Shown: positions 11,580 to 26,039, numbered from the whole stretch's first letter. The stretch: 62,988 nt of DNA, filler included, from Bonamia ostreae (GCA_040357525.1; 22 parts of 22 records of this genome joined end to end with filler, not necessarily neighbours in it), one strand, 5' to 3'. Program-made: numbers and translations. Notes: generated from the sequence alone by a model not told the origin.

Positions 11580-13984
11580 ATAAAAGAGCATGAATAAGTT
11601 CCTAGACATCCTCTTCTTCCAATTGCTTCTTTTATTTCGTAATAATTTTCTAAAACAAAATTTTCTTCGTTTTTCGGAACCGCTTCAACAAAAAATTTAA
11701 ATTTCTTTTCTTCTACAAAATTCTGTGAACTGTCTTTAAGAACTGCTTTGCAATTTAATAATTCTGTTTTGTTACTTTGAACTGTTATTTTGAATATAAA
11801 AATTTCACTAATATTTGCTCTTATGTTTTTTGTTTGTTGTTGTATTGGTGACAAAATGGCAGGTTTGCAATTTATTGATATCTATTTAATCAAATTTTAT
11901 CAATCTTTTGATTTTAATTTACTTCAAAAAAAAACTGTAAAAAGTGCATTGACATAACCAATGTTTTTGACATTTACACTAATTTCATCAATTTTAAAAG
12001 CGGTTACATTTTTATTGTTAACAACAGCGCTCAATATTTGTCCTTTGGCACTAAATTTTATTTAATTTACATGTTTTTATAATATCTGTACTGATTTGCG
12101 CTCAATGTTATAGAAACTAAAGATTTTACATTTTCTTTTAACTCTTTTGAAAGACAAAACTTGTTTTCTTTTAAAAATTTTAATTTTTTTAAGATTTGGC
12201 ATTTTTAAAATTTCTCCTTTTCGTCAAATGATAAAATTGCCGTTTTGTTTCAAATAAAAATTGTAAATTAATTTAAAACTTTTAAGATCATTTCCAAATT
12301 TGTTAAATCCATATTTGTCAACAAAATTGTTTCCTCTGTTGTGAAAATCATCGATTTGATTTCTAAAGCAGTTATTCGGTTTTGCAGAACATTTTAAAGG
12401 TTCATGTCTGTGAGCACTAAACGAAGATCCAATTTTGCCACATTGTTTGGGATCCATTGTTACCGCTATAATTAAAAAGGGTTTACCGTTTTTGTCAATG
12501 ATCATCCAATTTTTTATTCCCTTTGAAACTCTTTGTGATTTTTCGGGTTCTGTTTGATTACAAAATTTAACTTTCCGCAACAAAAAGCAATTTGTCTTCG
12601 AAAGATTGGGGTGCCCCCAAATTAGCGAAATCGCCTTCAATCGATATTTTAATTCCTTCCAAAAAAATTTTTGATTTTTCAGACGGGGATAATTTGGCGA
12701 CAACCTAATTTTTTTTGAATTTACAATTTTTTTGTTTCTGCTTTTTATCTCAACTTTTATTTCGTAAAAGATTTCAGGTGAACTAATTTCGTACGAAGAA
12801 TAAATATATTCGCCCATTACTGGGCAAACTGCAACAGATTCAAACCTCAATCCGCATTTTCTATTTACTCTGTTCAGTTTTTTTCTTGAAAATATATCAC
12901 AAGAACAACAAAATCCCTTTTGAGATACAATTTTTATCGCTTTTAATTGAAGCCAACCAAAATTAATTTTCACATTTGTTTAATTTATTTATCTAGAATT
13001 AAAAGGTTTTTAATTCGAAAATTTATTTTAGAATTTTTATTGCAAAATTTAACGTTTTTTGGAAAATTATTATTAAAAATTTAACGTTTTTAGAAATTTT
13101 TATTGCAAAATTTAACGTTTTTTGAAAAATTATTATTAAAAATTTAACGTTTTTAGAAATTTTTATTGAAGATTTAACGTTTTTTTGAAAAATTATTAAT
13201 AAAAATTTAACGTTTTTAGTAATTTTAATTCCCAAATTTAACGTTTTTAGAAATTTTTATTGAAGATTTAACGTTTTTTGAAAAATTATTAATAAAAATT
13301 TAACGTTTTTAGTAATTTTAATTTCAAAATTTAACGTTTTTAGTAATTTTAATTCCCAAATTTAACGTTTTTAGAAATTTTTATTGAAGATTTAACGTTT
13401 TTTTTTGACAAATTGTTATTGAAAATATAACGTTTTTAGAAATTTTAATGCAAAAATAAAAAACTTGGCTGTCTGTAACAATATTATTGTTAAAGTCTTT
13501 ATAAAATCCACAAGTGGGAAAACTGCTAAAAGAATCATCGACACAATTTTGGAACAAAAAATGTGTTCCGGCGTGCACAATCCGTTCAGATGGATTGCCG
13601 TTAAACAGTTTGAAGAAATTGCATTTGTAGAAAACATTCAGAGGAGATTTAAATATGTTTATCGAAAGAGGGCTTTCAAGAATATGATCCTCGCCATTTT
13701 GTCGCCAATGACTTATATTCGTTGTTATTGTTTCAGTTGAGTTCTTTAAATATTAAATTTTCGCCATTCAGATATTTTTAAATTTAATTGCAATTTTTGA
13801 ATTTGCAAACGTTTGAATTTTCAACGGCCATTACAATAATAAGTTTTTCTTCGCAAGTAGATTTGGTTAAATCCTCTTTATCGCGTTGACAAAAATTTTT
13901 TAGATTGGTACTAGCAATAATTGAACTAATTGATTTTCGAAGGAAGATATTAATTGATATCAAGATTAATAAAATTGCGGGCAT
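11580..13984 (-). CDS. HAP2: HAP2/GCS1 gamete fusogen (3' partial)
   Basis: Signal peptide; SIIASTNLKNFC..C..KLII N-terminus; PTCG...DSQ|GFCCSC across intron 12917-13464; CGKIGSSFSAHRHEPLKC....NCFRNQ HAP2-GCS1 motif. Confidence 0.88.
13030..13450. repeat. Intronic minisatellite (~29-30 nt unit, core AATTTAACGTTTTT)
   Basis: About 14 degenerate copies inside the HAP2 intron. Confidence 0.9.
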
Positions 13985-14497
13985 TTTGTTTATATAATCT
14001 TTAATGAAACTGTTTTCAAATATGTACATAACATCATTATTTAAAAACAAATTGACAAATTTAGACATTAATGTCGCTTAAAACCGTTGTTTTGATAAAA
14101 ATTTTTTATAAATTTATGAATTTAGATCAATCAAAACGGCAAAACTTTGATTTAATAAGAAAAATCATTTTTTCAGTAATAAAATCAAAACCGTATAAAA
14201 ATAATTTTAACAAATGTTATTTTAAACGAAACAAAAATTGTAATTTTAAAAAATAAAAGTTGTAGATAATAAAAATAAATCCAACAGAAAAATTTTCTGT
14301 AATTTATTTTTTGGAATTAACAAATTTAATCAAATCTCTCCACTTTCCATCAAATAGCTCTGTGANNNNNNNNNNNNNNNNNNNNNNNNNNNNNNNNNNN
14401 NNNNNNNNNTTAATTAATTAANNNNNNNNNNNNNNNNNNNNNNNNNNNNNNNNNNNNNNNNNNNNCTTAAAATCCATTGTCTAAATTTTATAAATGA

Positions 14498-14882
<385 letters not shown>

Positions 14883-15212
14883 TGGATAATAAATGGCTTT
14901 GGCATTATTTTTAACCTTTTTTTAAAATTGTAACAAATAAAATTCCTTTTTAACCATTTTTTATTTCGCCATATTTTTAACCATTTATTTAACCAAATTC
15001 CTTTTTTTGTTACCAATTTTCGATTTCTGAAAATTTTTCTGTTTGTCAATATTTTTATTTTTGTCGTTTGCTTTTTTGAACTAAAAATATTTGTTCGCTT
15101 TAAAATTCCAATTTTTTTTGAATGCGAAAACAATAAAATCCATTTGAAATATTAAAGAATTGCGGAAATATTAATGAAAAATAGTTTATAGAAAAATTGG
15201 CAACAAATTTAT

Positions 15213-16671
15213 TCACATCTTCATCATTAGAAAACTCTTCATGCACTCACAGAAGGCTTTGATATACGCTTTTTCTTCCAAATTTCGTTCTTTGACGATA
15301 TCGAAAAGTCTGAGAATTTTCTGTCTGACGACAATGGCGTGTTCCATAACAGTCATCAGACCAACACTTTTTTCTCTTTGGTACCAAACATCGATTGCAC
15401 AAAAAGGGAAATCCAGCTGTTTTGGATGTTTGGACAAAATTTCCAAAAGTTGAGGATTTTCTTCGTCGATTTCGTCGTGGCTGTATCGCAAGCCATTTTC
15501 TAACAGTGAATTTGCCTTATTTTTACAATTTTAATTTTTCGAACAAAATTTATAAAATCTTTTTATAAAATAAAGTTCTTTTTCGAACAAAATTTAAATC
15601 GTTTTATAAAATAAAGTTCTTTTTCTAACAAAAATTAAATCTTTTTATAAAAATAAAGTTCTTTTTCGAACAAAAATTAAATCTTTTTATAAAATAAAGA
15701 TCTTTTTCGAACAAAATTTAAAAAATCGTTTTATAAAATAAAGTTCTTTTTCGAAATTAAAAAAAATCGTTTTGTAAAAATAAAGTTCTTTTTCGAACAA
15801 AAATTAAATCGTTTTATAAAAACCTCCTCAAACCAACCGCACTCGACAATCTTCTGCAACTGCACCGCAGTCAAAACCGGACTCACTTCTTTCAACCCAT
15901 CTTCGCCATCCGCCCCCAAAAACAGCGATTTCTCCGATATTAGGACTTTGAACAATTCTCGATCCTTTTTCTCGAAACACAGATTCAGAATTTTTGGGGG
16001 TAACATTTTGCCCTCCGACAACAATTCTTTGATTTTGCCAAAATTTCGCGATTCGCAGAGTTCGACGTACGCGCCATATTCCTCTTGTTGACGCTTCGCC
16101 GATTCGCTGAAAAGTTTTCCGATTTTTTTCATGTTTTCCAAAATCTTTCTTTCCGAATCGTCTTTTGGGCTGTTGGCTAAATCTTGTCGCGACTAAATTT
16201 TTTAATTTGAAAATTATTTTGGAAAATCGAAAAATTATCAATTTTGCATTTTCGCCAAAAATTATTTTTAGCCAAATTGCTAAATTTTAACGAGCAGAAT
16301 TTGCAAAGTTTGTGTGTCTTTGATGAAAAGGAAAATATTAATGTTGAAATGTGTGTTGATGTCCAGAAGATGTCTTACGATATCTCTGTGGCCTTCTTTC
16401 GCGGCTCTGTAAACACAAGCTTCGTCAGCGATTAATCCGCCTAAAATTTAGCAATTTTGGATTTTAGCCAAAAACTTTTGATGAGTTCTTTGACGCGGTT
16501 TAAGTCGCCTTGTTCGCATTGTTTTTTGAGATTGGAACTCGATTTTTTATGAAAAGCGTCGACGTCGATGACATCGCCGCCGCTTCCGCGTTTCCTTTTC
16601 GTTAAAATTTTGACGTCACCGTCACTTCCCGAATTGTCATTAAGTTCGATTGATTTATTGTCAGACATCAA
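15213..16671 (-). CDS. Hypothetical multi-exon protein (possible degenerate ankyrin-like repeats)
   Basis: ORFs joinable by GT-AG introns; CEQGDLNRVKELI and CESRNFGKIKELL motifs. Confidence 0.5.
15536..15822. repeat. Intronic minisatellite (~41 nt unit)
   Basis: About 7 copies of TTTTATAAAATAAAGTTCTTTTTCGAACAAAA-like unit in intron 15516-15823. Confidence 0.9.
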
Positions 16672-16893
16672 ATTTTGCGTTTTAGCAATACTAAATCTAA
16701 ATTAGATGTTCTTATAAAATATAATTTAATTTTTAGCCAAACAAGCTTAAATATCTTTTGCGATTTTACAAATTTGTGATTTTTCAACATTTTTGTGATT
16801 TTTAAATAAATTTGTAAAGCTATTTTTGTGATTTTAGAAAAGATAATTTATTGTACCCAATTTGTTAATTTAAACGTGTTGTGATTTAGCCAC

Positions 16894-17244
16894 ATGTTGA
16901 GAAAGAAGACATTCGACCGAATCAGTGAACGGCTATTCGTTATGGGCAAAAAAAGTTTTTGTAAAAGCGGTTACCGCGTCGAAAAAGACACAATGGGCGA
17001 CGTAAAAGTGCCGATTGACCGTTATTGGGGCGCACAAACTCAAAGGTCACATCGCTAAATTTTTATTTTGATAAAAAAATTTTCTGAAATGATTCAAATT
17101 TTTTAACAAATTTTAAAATGAAGATCGATTGAGAACTTTGACATTTGCAGAAAAACAGAAAAAATGCCGGTTGAAGTGATTAGCGCGTTTGCTGTTCTGA
17201 AAAGAGCGGCGGCCGAAGTAAACAAACAATTTGGCCTTTCCGAA
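16894..17244 (+). CDS. FUM1: Class II fumarate hydratase with N-terminal presequence (3' partial)
   Basis: [29 protein letters not shown]...LKRAAAEVN; intron 17046-17123. Confidence 0.95.
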
Positions 17245-17410
17245 NNNNNNNNNNNNNNNNNNNNNNNNNNNNNNNNNNNNNNNNNNNNTTAATTAATTAA
17301 NNNNNNNNNNNNNNNNNNNNNNNNNNNNNNNNNNNNNNNNNNNNGTAAAAACGTCTTTAATGCGTTTGTGTGGATATAAATGCATTTTATTAATTTTTGA
17401 ATACATTTAC

Positions 17411-18374
17411 TTAACATCTGCCTTTGCAATTACGACACAAAACAGTTACTCCAAAACCAATCCCAAAACCCACAAACGAGCCACCGATAAGAATCCCAGC
17501 TATCGCTTTCGTTAGCAAATTGCATCTCGGCGGGTTGGAGACAACATTGTCAGTACAAAAACTTACGCCGTTTCTTTTTCCTACTCTATTTGTGTAGAAT
17601 AGATTGCATTTGTACTGACAAATCCCGTCGAGCACATTTGATCTGCAACCAGAAATCACCACTCCGTTTTGAATCCTCGTTTCGTTAAAGCAACCTCTTA
17701 TTTTAGCGGGATTTACAACGATGGCATGTGGTTGTATCAACCCTCTGTAACAATAAGTTATAGTATCTGTTGTGAACTTACTCTGAAAATAGAATTTTAA
17801 GTCTTTCACCGAACTTTTAATTTGGTAATTGCATTGGTTATAAACAAAACGCCTCTCACTGGAGGAAAAGCAAGTTTGTCTCATATCTATTACTTTATCA
17901 TTTCCAAAAAAAGGATTTGGGCACCCTTTTGATTATGTACATGATTAACTCTGCACAAAATTTACATGATATCTATTCAAGTAGATATTATTAAGTGTTC
18001 AATATTGTGTCGAAACCTTTTACAGATCTGACATTAGTTTTGTCCGGTACACCCATTTGACATTGAACAGTAAGTTGAGAATGGAGTGTTTGAGTAGAAA
18101 TTCCCTCTGCAATAAGGTAACCACTCCTTGCTATAACAATACACATTCCAGTAAAACTTGCACCTTGCGTTTTACACTCATCCGATATATCAAGTCCAAT
18201 GTCATCTCGATATTTTTTCGAATCACAACCTTTTATTGTTAAATCGTTTACTGTTACATCATTTGGTATTTGAATCAAATAATTAAACTACTAAAAACGA
18301 TCTTCAAACTCTCGCTTCAATCCAGCAATATCAGTATTTATGATCGAAAAGAAGAATATTAATAAAAGTGCCAT
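17411..18374 (-). CDS. Type I membrane protein with Cys-rich, Sushi/CCP-like ectodomain
   Basis: Signal peptide MALLLIFFFSII, Cys-spaced modules (CQYKC..Y...C...PPRC), C-terminal TM helix. Confidence 0.6.
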
Positions 18375-18878
18375 TCGTATTAGTTTTTGGCTTTCTCTTA
18401 ATCTAAAATAAATTTCTAAACCGAACACGTTTTATTTCTAAAAATTGAACACTTTTAAACTTATTAATATAGTTTCTCAGATTAAACCAAACGTTAAATA
18501 TTGTTTTTTTGAAATTGTAAAATAAAACAATTTGCTACAATTTGCTACAATTTTAACACGTTTGATACGAGTAGATATACAGCAAAATCTTTTCTTCAAT
18601 TAAGCAACATTAAATTTAAATCTTTTCGGTAACTTACCAACTTTTTATTTCTTCAATTAAGTTATTTTCCTTCGAATTAAATTTTTTATGATTTACTGAA
18701 AATGCCTCTTTGTCAAGAGTAGCCTTTCCAATAATCAGTCATTATAATGGACTCCCGATTTCACGCAGGCGAATCCCGATTTTTACATAAAAAAAACTAC
18801 TTTTTATTATAACAAATGAATGCAGAATTAGTAGAATCTATAAAATTTAATCCAAGCAACAATAAGATATAACATTAA

Positions 18879-19969
18879 ATGAAGCCAAAATATAAATTGG
18901 AAACAAAAATTGTTTTGTTCTTGTTAATTTTGATCATTTTGACATCTTTATTTGGATCTGTACTGATTTTGGATTATATTTGTCAGAACAATTTTTTAAA
19001 TATTAACGAAGACACCTTTTCATTAATAGTTTGTGTGCTGGCTGGAATAGTTCTGATTTTTGTTTGTCTAGTTGTTTATGTTTTTTATAATTTTTATTAT
19101 TTTTTTAAACTAAAATTTACAAAAATATAAGGTAAAAGTATTGAAGCCAAAATTAGCATATTCAAGGAGATTGTTTAAATTTGTAAAAGAAGAAAACGTT
19201 TTTAACCCAAATTCACAACAATTGGAAAACTTGCTTTTAAGAGTAAGAACGAATAAGGAAAATTTTGATTTCCAAAATTTTTGTCAATTTTTTGAGGAAT
19301 TTGTCAATATAAAGGAAGTTTTTTATAATTGATGAATTTTTATTACCCAAAAATCTTTGTTACAACGAATAAATTCTTCAACTTAAAAAAGTCGGAAAGA
19401 AAAACAGAAAAAATACCGATAACATTAATAAAACTAGCGAACGCCATTAGAAACAGCGAAGAAGCACCGATCAATCTTTTCTTTGCAAAAAAATACGATT
19501 TTTATACTTTTGTCGATGTTTTAACAAACAATTTTAAAATGCGTACTTCACCATCTCAATATGCAACAATGTTCAATTTTTATTTGAAGTACATGTCTAG
19601 AAAATGCATTTCGGACAATTATATTCTCAAGAACATTGGAAACTTTGCAAAATTTTCGTTTTGTCATAAAATTTATTCAGTCCACAATTTTCAGAAGAAC
19701 TGGAAAATTCTGATGAAGTTAATCTCGCTTTAATAGATTTCATTGCTTCCTTTTTGATCAAACTAAATTTTGGCAAAAGTTTTGATAGAAGAGATTTGGA
19801 ATCTCTAGTTCCAAACCTCATTGATGTGGATTCTCTCCGGTCTCACTTTTATGATAATGGCCAATTTTTGGAAATATATAAAAATCTGATTTTGTTTATG
19901 AGCGATTTAATGGATTTTCGATCGAGAAATAATTTTTCAGAACACAAAAATAACGAAATGTTATATTAA
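18879..19969 (+). CDS. Hypothetical protein with two N-terminal TM helices
   Basis: Successive + strand ORFs linkable by short introns; hydrophobic N-terminus. Confidence 0.5.
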
Positions 19970-20222
19970 ATAACTTTACTTATCGAAATCCAAAATTGAC
20001 ATAAATTAGAAAATTTTAAAATTAAAAAGTCGATCTGTTTATTAACCAAAAATTCGTTTTCTGATTTTTTTTATTAAAAGGAAATTTTATAATGTTAAAA
20101 AGTTTTTAACAAAATGTCGTTTNNNNNNNNNNNNNNNNNNNNNNNNNNNNNNNNNNNNNNNNNNNNTTAATTAATTAANNNNNNNNNNNNNNNNNNNNNN
20201 NNNNNNNNNNNNNNNNNNNNNN

Positions 20223-22984
20223 CTCGTATTTCAGTGATCAATCAATACGTATTATATATAACATTGATGATTTCAACATGTATATGTTACTCCTTGTTAC
20301 TCCTAGGTCCAATCAAGATAAAAAGGGGAGAAAGTGAGCGTCAAACATTTTTCCAGTAGGCACATATATTACATTAACAATAATATCTTACATTATATTG
20401 AAGCCATATTATCTTGTCTATGGGTTAACTATCATACTGTGAGAAGTGCGGGGAAACGTTATTTCTCACATATCACAATATAAAAGCGGCTGTTAGAGTT
20501 AGAGGAATTTGAGATTAGGAATTAGCAATAGAAATGTTGAGCAATATTGATCAATGTTGACTAGAATATATATAAGAGTGCTAAAGCATAACTATTAACT
20601 GATATTGTCATTTAACTATACGAATTATCTAGAAGCTCCAAAGATAAAAAAAAATCTCGGCAATATCTACATCTAACTAAACACCAGACACTAACACTGC
20701 ACACTAATTCTGGAACCAGAATTGATAACAATTTCAAGATTATGAGGATCTTTTACCGAAATAATTCGTTGAAATCTGTTAAAATGTCATATTTCCAATT
20801 CACTAGTCTGTATTACAAATACCAGGAAATACATACCTTTAACATTAAGACAAATAAAACATACTTGATGTTATCATACATTTCTGTACGATGGAAAATG
20901 GTAACATGCGACTCAAATGAACTTTTGCAAGAAAATGTGAAATATACAATTTCAAGAACTCTTGCATACAATATACACATGTTACCAAATGACCTAAATC
21001 AGTTTTTTACAAAATGTGAAACANNNNNNNNNNCTGACTGAAAATAAACGAATAGAGTTAGCTTCAAACTTTATTCTCAACAAGACACACATATTACTTG
21101 GGTAATATAGATCCAGGGAAATATAGTTATCTCCCGTAGACTCTGAAAAAAATAGGTTACCTGCAATTCACCTCACTACATCTATCCCAAAACTGTTCCA
21201 CTTAATACAATGACAATTATAATATGTTGTAAGATTTGAAAAGAGAGATGACATCAGGTGTATTGAAACTCAATGTGTTATGGTATTCAAATTAATACGT
21301 TTCCTTTACAGGATATCTACCTTTTGATTGGTCATCAGATGTATATGATCCAAAACGTTCATACAATGATGTAGACTCAACACGTAAGTCTAAACGAAAC
21401 ACACAGGCATCAACAGTTACAATAGTATACATAAAACATAACAACGAATTGTCAATTTATTTCATCATCCGTGGAATCGTTGGATCACCCCCGGAAACTC
21501 TTACAACCAGATTTGAAAAGAACGTAATAGTTATTAATTGTCATTAGCAGAAAATGAATATGTTGACTGTTAATCTTTATGCAATATCTGCATAGATTAA
21601 TATACGGTGTAGATAATAATATGTATTACATTTCTACACAGCTAACTCAATATCGTAAGCGGAATTTGATCGACGTAAGTATGGACAAATCAAACAGTCA
21701 TCAACTCTCACTCTACGTTTAATTATCTTCCTCCGAAACATTGGATCAGTTCTGTCAAGATTTACAATCAACCTTCGTTGAAGAGAAAGTAATATTGAGC
21801 ATTATTCTACGATACGGTTAAATGTTTAAATGGAAAGAAACGGAACGATTTCGAGGTGTGGTGACACGTTTCATCATTCGTTGAAAAAGGTAGATACTTC
21901 CCTTCTTGTTTATCTAAAACAATGCTTTATTTTGCGTGAGTCACACGTTTACTAACACTAATATTCGACTGATTAATTGCATCAAGTGCATCTCCTCTAT
22001 TTCTCAAACATTGAAGAAATTCAGAGGGTTGGTGGAGAATATCGTAGACTAATATTTTCTTTTGAAAAAATGGATGGGAAAGTACAAAAGAGCAATTATC
22101 TCTTCCTGATCATCAAGAACTTTAAATCTACCAAATGGATAATACATAAAACATGATTGAAACCATCTTAACGTTATTACAATTTCCTTATATTTGGAAG
22201 AGTGATCATTCTTGTAGTTAGTTTTCTTTTAAATAAGTTTTGATATATATATAATTAAAAAATCTCGTATTTCGGTGATCAATCAATACGTATTAGATAT
22301 AACATATGTATAATACATCTGTAAATACAACTGAGGATTCCAAAATGTATATGTTACTCCTAGGTCCAATAAAGATAAAAAGGGGAGAAAGTGAGCGTCA
22401 AACATTTTTTCAGCAGGCACATATATTACATTAACAATGATATGTTACATCATATTGAATCAATCTTATATTGTCTATGGGTTAACTATTATACTGCGCC
22501 AAGTGCGGGGAAAAGTTATTTGTCACATATCACAATATAAAAGCGGCTGTTAGAGTTAGAGGAATCTGAGATAAAGCATAACTGTTAATTGATATTGTCA
22601 TCTAATTATAAGAAATATATAGAAGCTCCGAAGATAACAAATCTCGGCAATCTCTACCTCTAACCAAAAGACGGACACTAACTATGCGCACTAATTCTAA
22701 AACCAGTGTTGATAACAATTTAAAGATTATGATGATCTTTTTCCCAAATAATTCGTTGAAATCTGTTAAAATGTCATATTTCCAATTCCCTAGTCCGTAT
22801 TACAAATACCAGGAAATACATACCTTTAACATTAAGTCAAATAAAACATACTTGATGTTATCATACATTTCTGTACGACGGGAAATAGTAACATGCGACT
22901 CAAAAGCAATTTTGCAAGAAAGTGTGAAATATACAATTTCGAGCACTCTTGCATACAATATACACATGTAATGGGATAGCACTG
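20223..22984 (+). mobile_element. Decayed hAT DNA transposon, two tandem partial copies
   Basis: Stop-riddled remnants LIDVSMDKSNSHQLSLYV (21666), CFILRESH (21923) and dimerisation-like motifs; ~740 bp direct repeat; terminus ...GGGATAGCACTG. Confidence 0.55.
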
Positions 22985-23098
22985 CTATAGATGAAAAANN
23001 NNNNNNNNNNNNNNNNNNNNNNNNNNNNNNNNNNNNNNNNNNTTAATTAATTAANNNNNNNNNNNNNNNNNNNNNNNNNNNNNNNNNNNNNNNNNNNN

Positions 23099-24348
23099 TC
23101 GGACTTTTCGATATTGACAATATTTTGTTTTTGTTCGTCTTTTTTTGTTATTTCGGACTTTTCGATATTGACAATATTTTGTTTTTGTTCGTCTTTTTTT
23201 GTTATTTTGGACTTTTCGATATTGACAATATTTTGTTTTTGTTTTCCATTTATTGAACGAACAAAAGATGAAGAAAATGATTTTTTGTCTCGTATTTTGG
23301 AAATTTCTTCAGATCCGATTTTTCGCTGATCCATTTTCACATTTTCATTTTTCCCTTTAATTTTGTCGTCGAAATCTCCAAATTTCGATATTTTTTGATT
23401 TCGAAAAATTTCCGGTTCTGGTTTCGAAGGAAGCTCGTCCAAATAAACGATTTGTCCGTTTTGTTGGTCATTTAGAAGATTTTTTAATTTTAGAGCTGTT
23501 TTCAGCGATTCTTTTGCTTTTGCAAACATTTTTTGGGATTTGAAAATATTTCCTCTCTAAATTTTATTTTGGTGGAAATAACATTTTTGTAGATTTGAAG
23601 CATTTCTTTCAATTGAAACTCCGTCGCTTCTTTTCTTTCTTCGATTTTGATCTATTTTGTCAATTAGAGTTATTAAAGAACGATTTTAAACAAAAGTCCG
23701 AAAATAAAATCAAGCGAAAATATGAAATATCGAAAATCAATTTGAACGCAAAAAGTCTGAAAACGATTGATGTTGTCTTTACATATATTAATCTACAAAC
23801 AACAAAAGTCCGAAAATAAAAACATCAAATTTAAACGGATCTGCGAAATCTTTGACGTTCATTGGCTCATCTAAATCGATTTCGTTGTCCAATAACAAAA
23901 TTCCGCTTTCGTAAGAATGCACTAAATCTCTCAATTCTCTGAACGAAACTGCGTCTTTCGTCTCTTTTGCCAAAATCAACTGTTTTTTCGCATATTTATG
24001 ATATTCAGTGAGCACTTCTTTCAAAGGAATGTTCGTTTTTGCCGTTTCTGATTTTTTCTCCGGTTCTAAAAATTTGCTTTTTTCGGTCGATTTTTGAATG
24101 TTTTGGTCATCTTTTTCGCGGTTTATTTTAACAATTTTTTCGCCAAAATTATTTTCCGCAATTGGTTTTTGGAGTGGTTTGCCATTGTTTGGGATCGGTT
24201 TAGTTTCTTTGGGAGTTTTTTGATCGCTTGAATCTTCGCCGCTGTCCGAGAAAAATTTCTTTCCGTTGTATTCCAACATCTCGTCAATCTCTTCTAACAA
24301 ACCTTTTTATTAAAAAATTCCACTTTTGTCTACAAAGTCATTTTTCAT
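23099..24348 (-). CDS. Probable DM14-repeat protein (CC2D1/Lgd-like), 3' partial, with 18-aa tandem repeats
   Basis: Two DM14-like helical hairpins (AKETKD..R..V.SYE; AKESLKTALKL...NGQIVYLDELP); QKQNIVNIEKS repeats. Confidence 0.45.
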
Positions 24349-24536
24349 TTCGAGTTTATACGAGAAAGTTTTAAGGTTTTTATGGATTTTGAAAAATTAA
24401 AGTTAAATCGACTTCTGAAAATTAAAGTTTAAAGATCGATATAATGAATTTTGGAATTTCATCACTGAAAAAAATCCTCAATTAATTAAGCTTTATAATT
24501 ATATTCCGAATCCTTAAATATACTAGTTCAAGAAAA

Positions 24537-25639
24537 ATGGCAGAAAACCAAAATGATCAAATAAAAAAACTCGAAGCCAAACTCTCAGAAAAAGACAAAA
24601 CAATCGACATCCTTAAAGCTCAATTGGCGGTGTTTAATAAATCCGAAAAGCCATTATGTAAAAATGGCAATTGCAAACATTTTCAAGAGCTTGAATCTAT
24701 CAAAAGGGAATTGGAGCTTAACATTGTCGACAGCAAAGTTTCTTAAAATTATAAAAAGATAAAAATGGTCGACATCGTCGACCGCGTAAACGACTTGCAA
24801 TACAGAAACGACCGATTAGAAAATATTTTGGCCGGTTCGCCACAACGATACAAGCGATTAGTGGACGAGCTCGATCGAGCTTTAAAAAAAGCACCTTCTG
24901 AAAGTGAAGATATTCGGCGTTCGATGTTATTGATGCGGACTTTGTCCGAAAAGTTGAGCGTCCATGTCCCGGAAAGCCCTCCCGAATGCTATATGGCCAA
25001 CAACAGTAGCAGCAAAGACATTTTGTTCGAAGGGATAATAATGCGACTGGAAGAGTTCAGAAAGATTTTTGAGAGCTGTTCTGAAGAAACGATCGGAAAA
25101 AATTTTTGTGTTCTTTCAGCGTCGATTTCCAAATTGGTTAGCTCTATTGACATCGTTTTTACGAAAATTTTTTCAAATCTGTTTGTTCGACTAAATTTAA
25201 TTTTTTGGGAACAAAAATTTGCTTTTTCGTATAAAATTTTTTCCGCCCAAAATTTGCATTTCCAATAAAGACAATAAACGGATCGAAATATCTTCGCCAA
25301 AAGTTGTGTTTTATGAGAGCCAGCGGCACAGGCGGGTTAAGCAACATTTCATCCAGTCGACAAGACAAAGCCAGTTTGGCACTTTTGAAAAGTCTTTTTT
25401 GCCCAAGCACAGATTCCAATGCTCCGGACGAGCTAAAACTCGAAAAGGGCGATGACATTTATCACCCTTTTTTCTTTTGCCCGGTTTCCAAAGTCAATGT
25501 TACTGAACGTGTTTCTGAAAACGACATGAAAATTGTTTTCAGCGACAAAAAATTGAAACCGACCAAATTTGGTTTTATTATTTTCCAATTTGGTCTGTTC
25601 AAAATAAACAGAAAAATTAAAAAGGTGCGATTAGAATAA
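24537..25639 (+). CDS. Hypothetical coiled-coil protein, multi-exon
   Basis: Consecutive ORFs with intron-like gaps; 3' end uncertain. Confidence 0.5.
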
Positions 25640-26039
25640 ACAGAAAAATAAACGGATTTCGTTATGTGATAAAAAGTTTTTGTATGGAAGTCTTTCGTTT
25701 GTTCAATCAGATTTGGCGATTTAAAAATTACTTTTCCAATCAAACAACTCCGGAATTTTCTGTTTATGAAATTTTAGCTCTTGATAGCGATACTGGTTTT
25801 ATTTATTTGGCTTTTGACATTCGTTGCATTTTTTGACAAACATGAAAACATTTTAAGAGATCGATTTTTTGATANNNNNNNNNNNNNNNNNNNNNNNNNN
25901 NNNNNNNNNNNNNNNNNNTTAATTAATTAANNNNNNNNNNNNNNNNNNNNNNNNNNNNNNNNNNNNNNNNNNNNAAACGAAGCGAAAAGAATTAAATACA
26001 AGATGGAGAGAGATGATTAATTTTTACTAAAAAATTACA

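Noticed and set aside
13023-13235. Small repetitive ORFs in repeat tracts (also 44292-44531, 46627-46887, 55986-56235)
   Set aside because: Translations of intronic or intergenic minisatellites
20223-22970. LTR retrotransposon (direct repeats as LTRs)
   Set aside because: No TG...CA ends, PBS/PPT or gag-pol remnants seen; repeats carry hAT-like remnants instead
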